7,405 bases of DNA from a virus (taxonomy: Duplodnaviria > Heunggongvirae > Uroviricota > Caudoviricetes), in the IMG/VR virus record IMGVR_UViG_2706794665_000010. One strand, given 5' to 3'. A program made the translations under genes and the position numbers. Under the pieces are notes generated by a model that was not told the DNA's origin, did not search any database, and saw nothing but the letters and a program-made list of their open reading frames with translations. Positions 6,601-7,405 of this stretch are shown here, one piece after another (the first letter of the stretch is position 1; each line of letters starts with the position of its first letter).

Positions 6601-6676
6601 GGCCCTTTAGCTCAGTGGTGAGAGCGAGCGACTCATAATCGCCAGGTCGCTGGTTCAAATCCAGCAAGGGCCACCA
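6601..6676 (+). tRNA. Second copy of the tRNA(CAU), 76/76 identical to 4201-4276
   Basis: Same cloverleaf. Flanks are similar but clearly diverged (upstream roughly 85% over about 35 nt, downstream diverging after about 30 nt). Confidence 0.85.
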
Positions 6677-7101
6677 TCACATACCGCCATTAGCTCATCA
6701 GGAAAGAGCGCCAGCCTNNNNNNNNNNNNNNNNNNNNNNNNNNNNNNNNNNNNNNNNNNNNNNNNNNNNNNNNNNNNNNNNNNNNNNNNNNNNNNNNNNN
6801 NNNNNNNNNNNNNNNNNNNNNNNNNNNNNNNNNNNNNNNNNNNNNNNNNNNNNNNNNNNNNNNNNNNNNNNNNNNNNNNNNNNNNNNNNNNNNNNNNNNN
6901 NNNNNNNNNNNNNNNNNNNNNNNNNNNNNNNNNNNNNNNNNNNNNNNNNNNNNNNNNNNNNNNNNNNNNNNNNNNNNGAATCCCCCTGTGCGGAGGGGCA
7001 ATCAGCGAGTAGGTATATGGGATAATCGCGGATTCAGGTGCTGGTACTGAATTCACCGGGAGGCACCCGGCATCATGCAATGGCACATAGCGCCACTCTC
7101 C

Positions 7102-7126
7102 AGCCCTCTCCGGAGGGGCTTTTCTG
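7102..7126 (+). terminator. Candidate rho-independent terminator
   Basis: AGCCCT-ctccgga-GGGGCT hairpin (includes one G-U pair) followed by TTTTCT. A weaker candidate than the others. Confidence 0.35.
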
Positions 7127-7309
7127 TGCCGGATACATCACAGTTTCTGGAACCTTAGGTACTACAGTATCAGTCAGGGTGCTATATTTTCAGATGTGAT
7201 GAAAGCCTGTCAGCAGGCAGGGCGTATCGGAAATGACCCAGTAGAGAAAACGTTGACTCAGATACCGGTGCTGAGTTACCGGGAAACCGGCATCACATGA
7301 CCGCTATCC

Positions 7310-7405
7310 TGAGGTGTACTGGCAATAGCGGACACTACCATTTGTTCTTTTTTTAAGCAGCCATCTGATGATATTTTTCCCTGAAGGCTGCCGGGGAGAT
7401 ATTCC
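7310..7405. repeat. Right copy of the perfect inverted repeat (partner 3-98); on the minus strand it encodes the same start MVVSAIASTP fused to a different 11-codon tail
   Basis: Manual reverse-complement comparison. Minus-strand translation from 7339 gives MVVSAIASTPQDSGHVMPVSR then stop. Confidence 0.85.

Noticed and set aside
3992-6717. Possibility that the repeated blocks form a CRISPR array
   Set aside because: The repeats are long (62 nt and about 150 nt), only two copies each, irregularly spaced and correspond to promoter/terminator and tRNA modules; no short regularly spaced repeats are present.
6655-7086. Minus-strand ORFs 6655-7086 and 6690-7001
   Set aside because: Run through the mask and into the tRNA gene on the opposite strand; the visible part has poor protein-like character.
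7075-7158. 27-aa + strand ORF (MQWHIAPLSSPLRRGFSVPDTSQFLEP)
   Set aside because: Contains the terminator-like hairpin in its middle and has only a marginal SD; more likely untranslated.
4277-7309. Shiga toxin (stxAB) or lysis genes downstream of Q and the tRNAs
   Set aside because: No unmasked ORF in this span resembles StxA/StxB, holin or endolysin, and each mask (at most 266 nt) is too short to hide them.

Overview
This 7405-nt window reads as an Escherichia-type lambdoid prophage segment, with every supported gene on the + strand. It runs from the distal nin region (small ORFs, a Hok-family toxin, a YbcO-like zinc-binding protein, RusA) through the Q antiterminator into a mosaic late-leader region. 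That region carries two copies of a PR'-like promoter and tR'-like terminator, two identical tRNA(CAU) genes, a Q-gene remnant, a small winged-helix ORF and a beta-class DNA methyltransferase. No lysis genes, stx genes or CRISPR array are visible. The window edges are >=96-bp perfect inverted repeats that appear to continue off-window. Six N-masked runs (1595-1857, 2053-2304, 4321-4571, 4685-4949, 5509-5774, 6718-6977; about 21% of the window) cannot be assessed and interrupt at least three genes. All protein family calls rest on recalled motifs, not on any search. The candidate I rate highest is the Q-dependent cargo slot (winged-helix ORF plus apparently orphan methyltransferase between identical tRNAs); the paralogous small-ORF operon upstream of hok is second.
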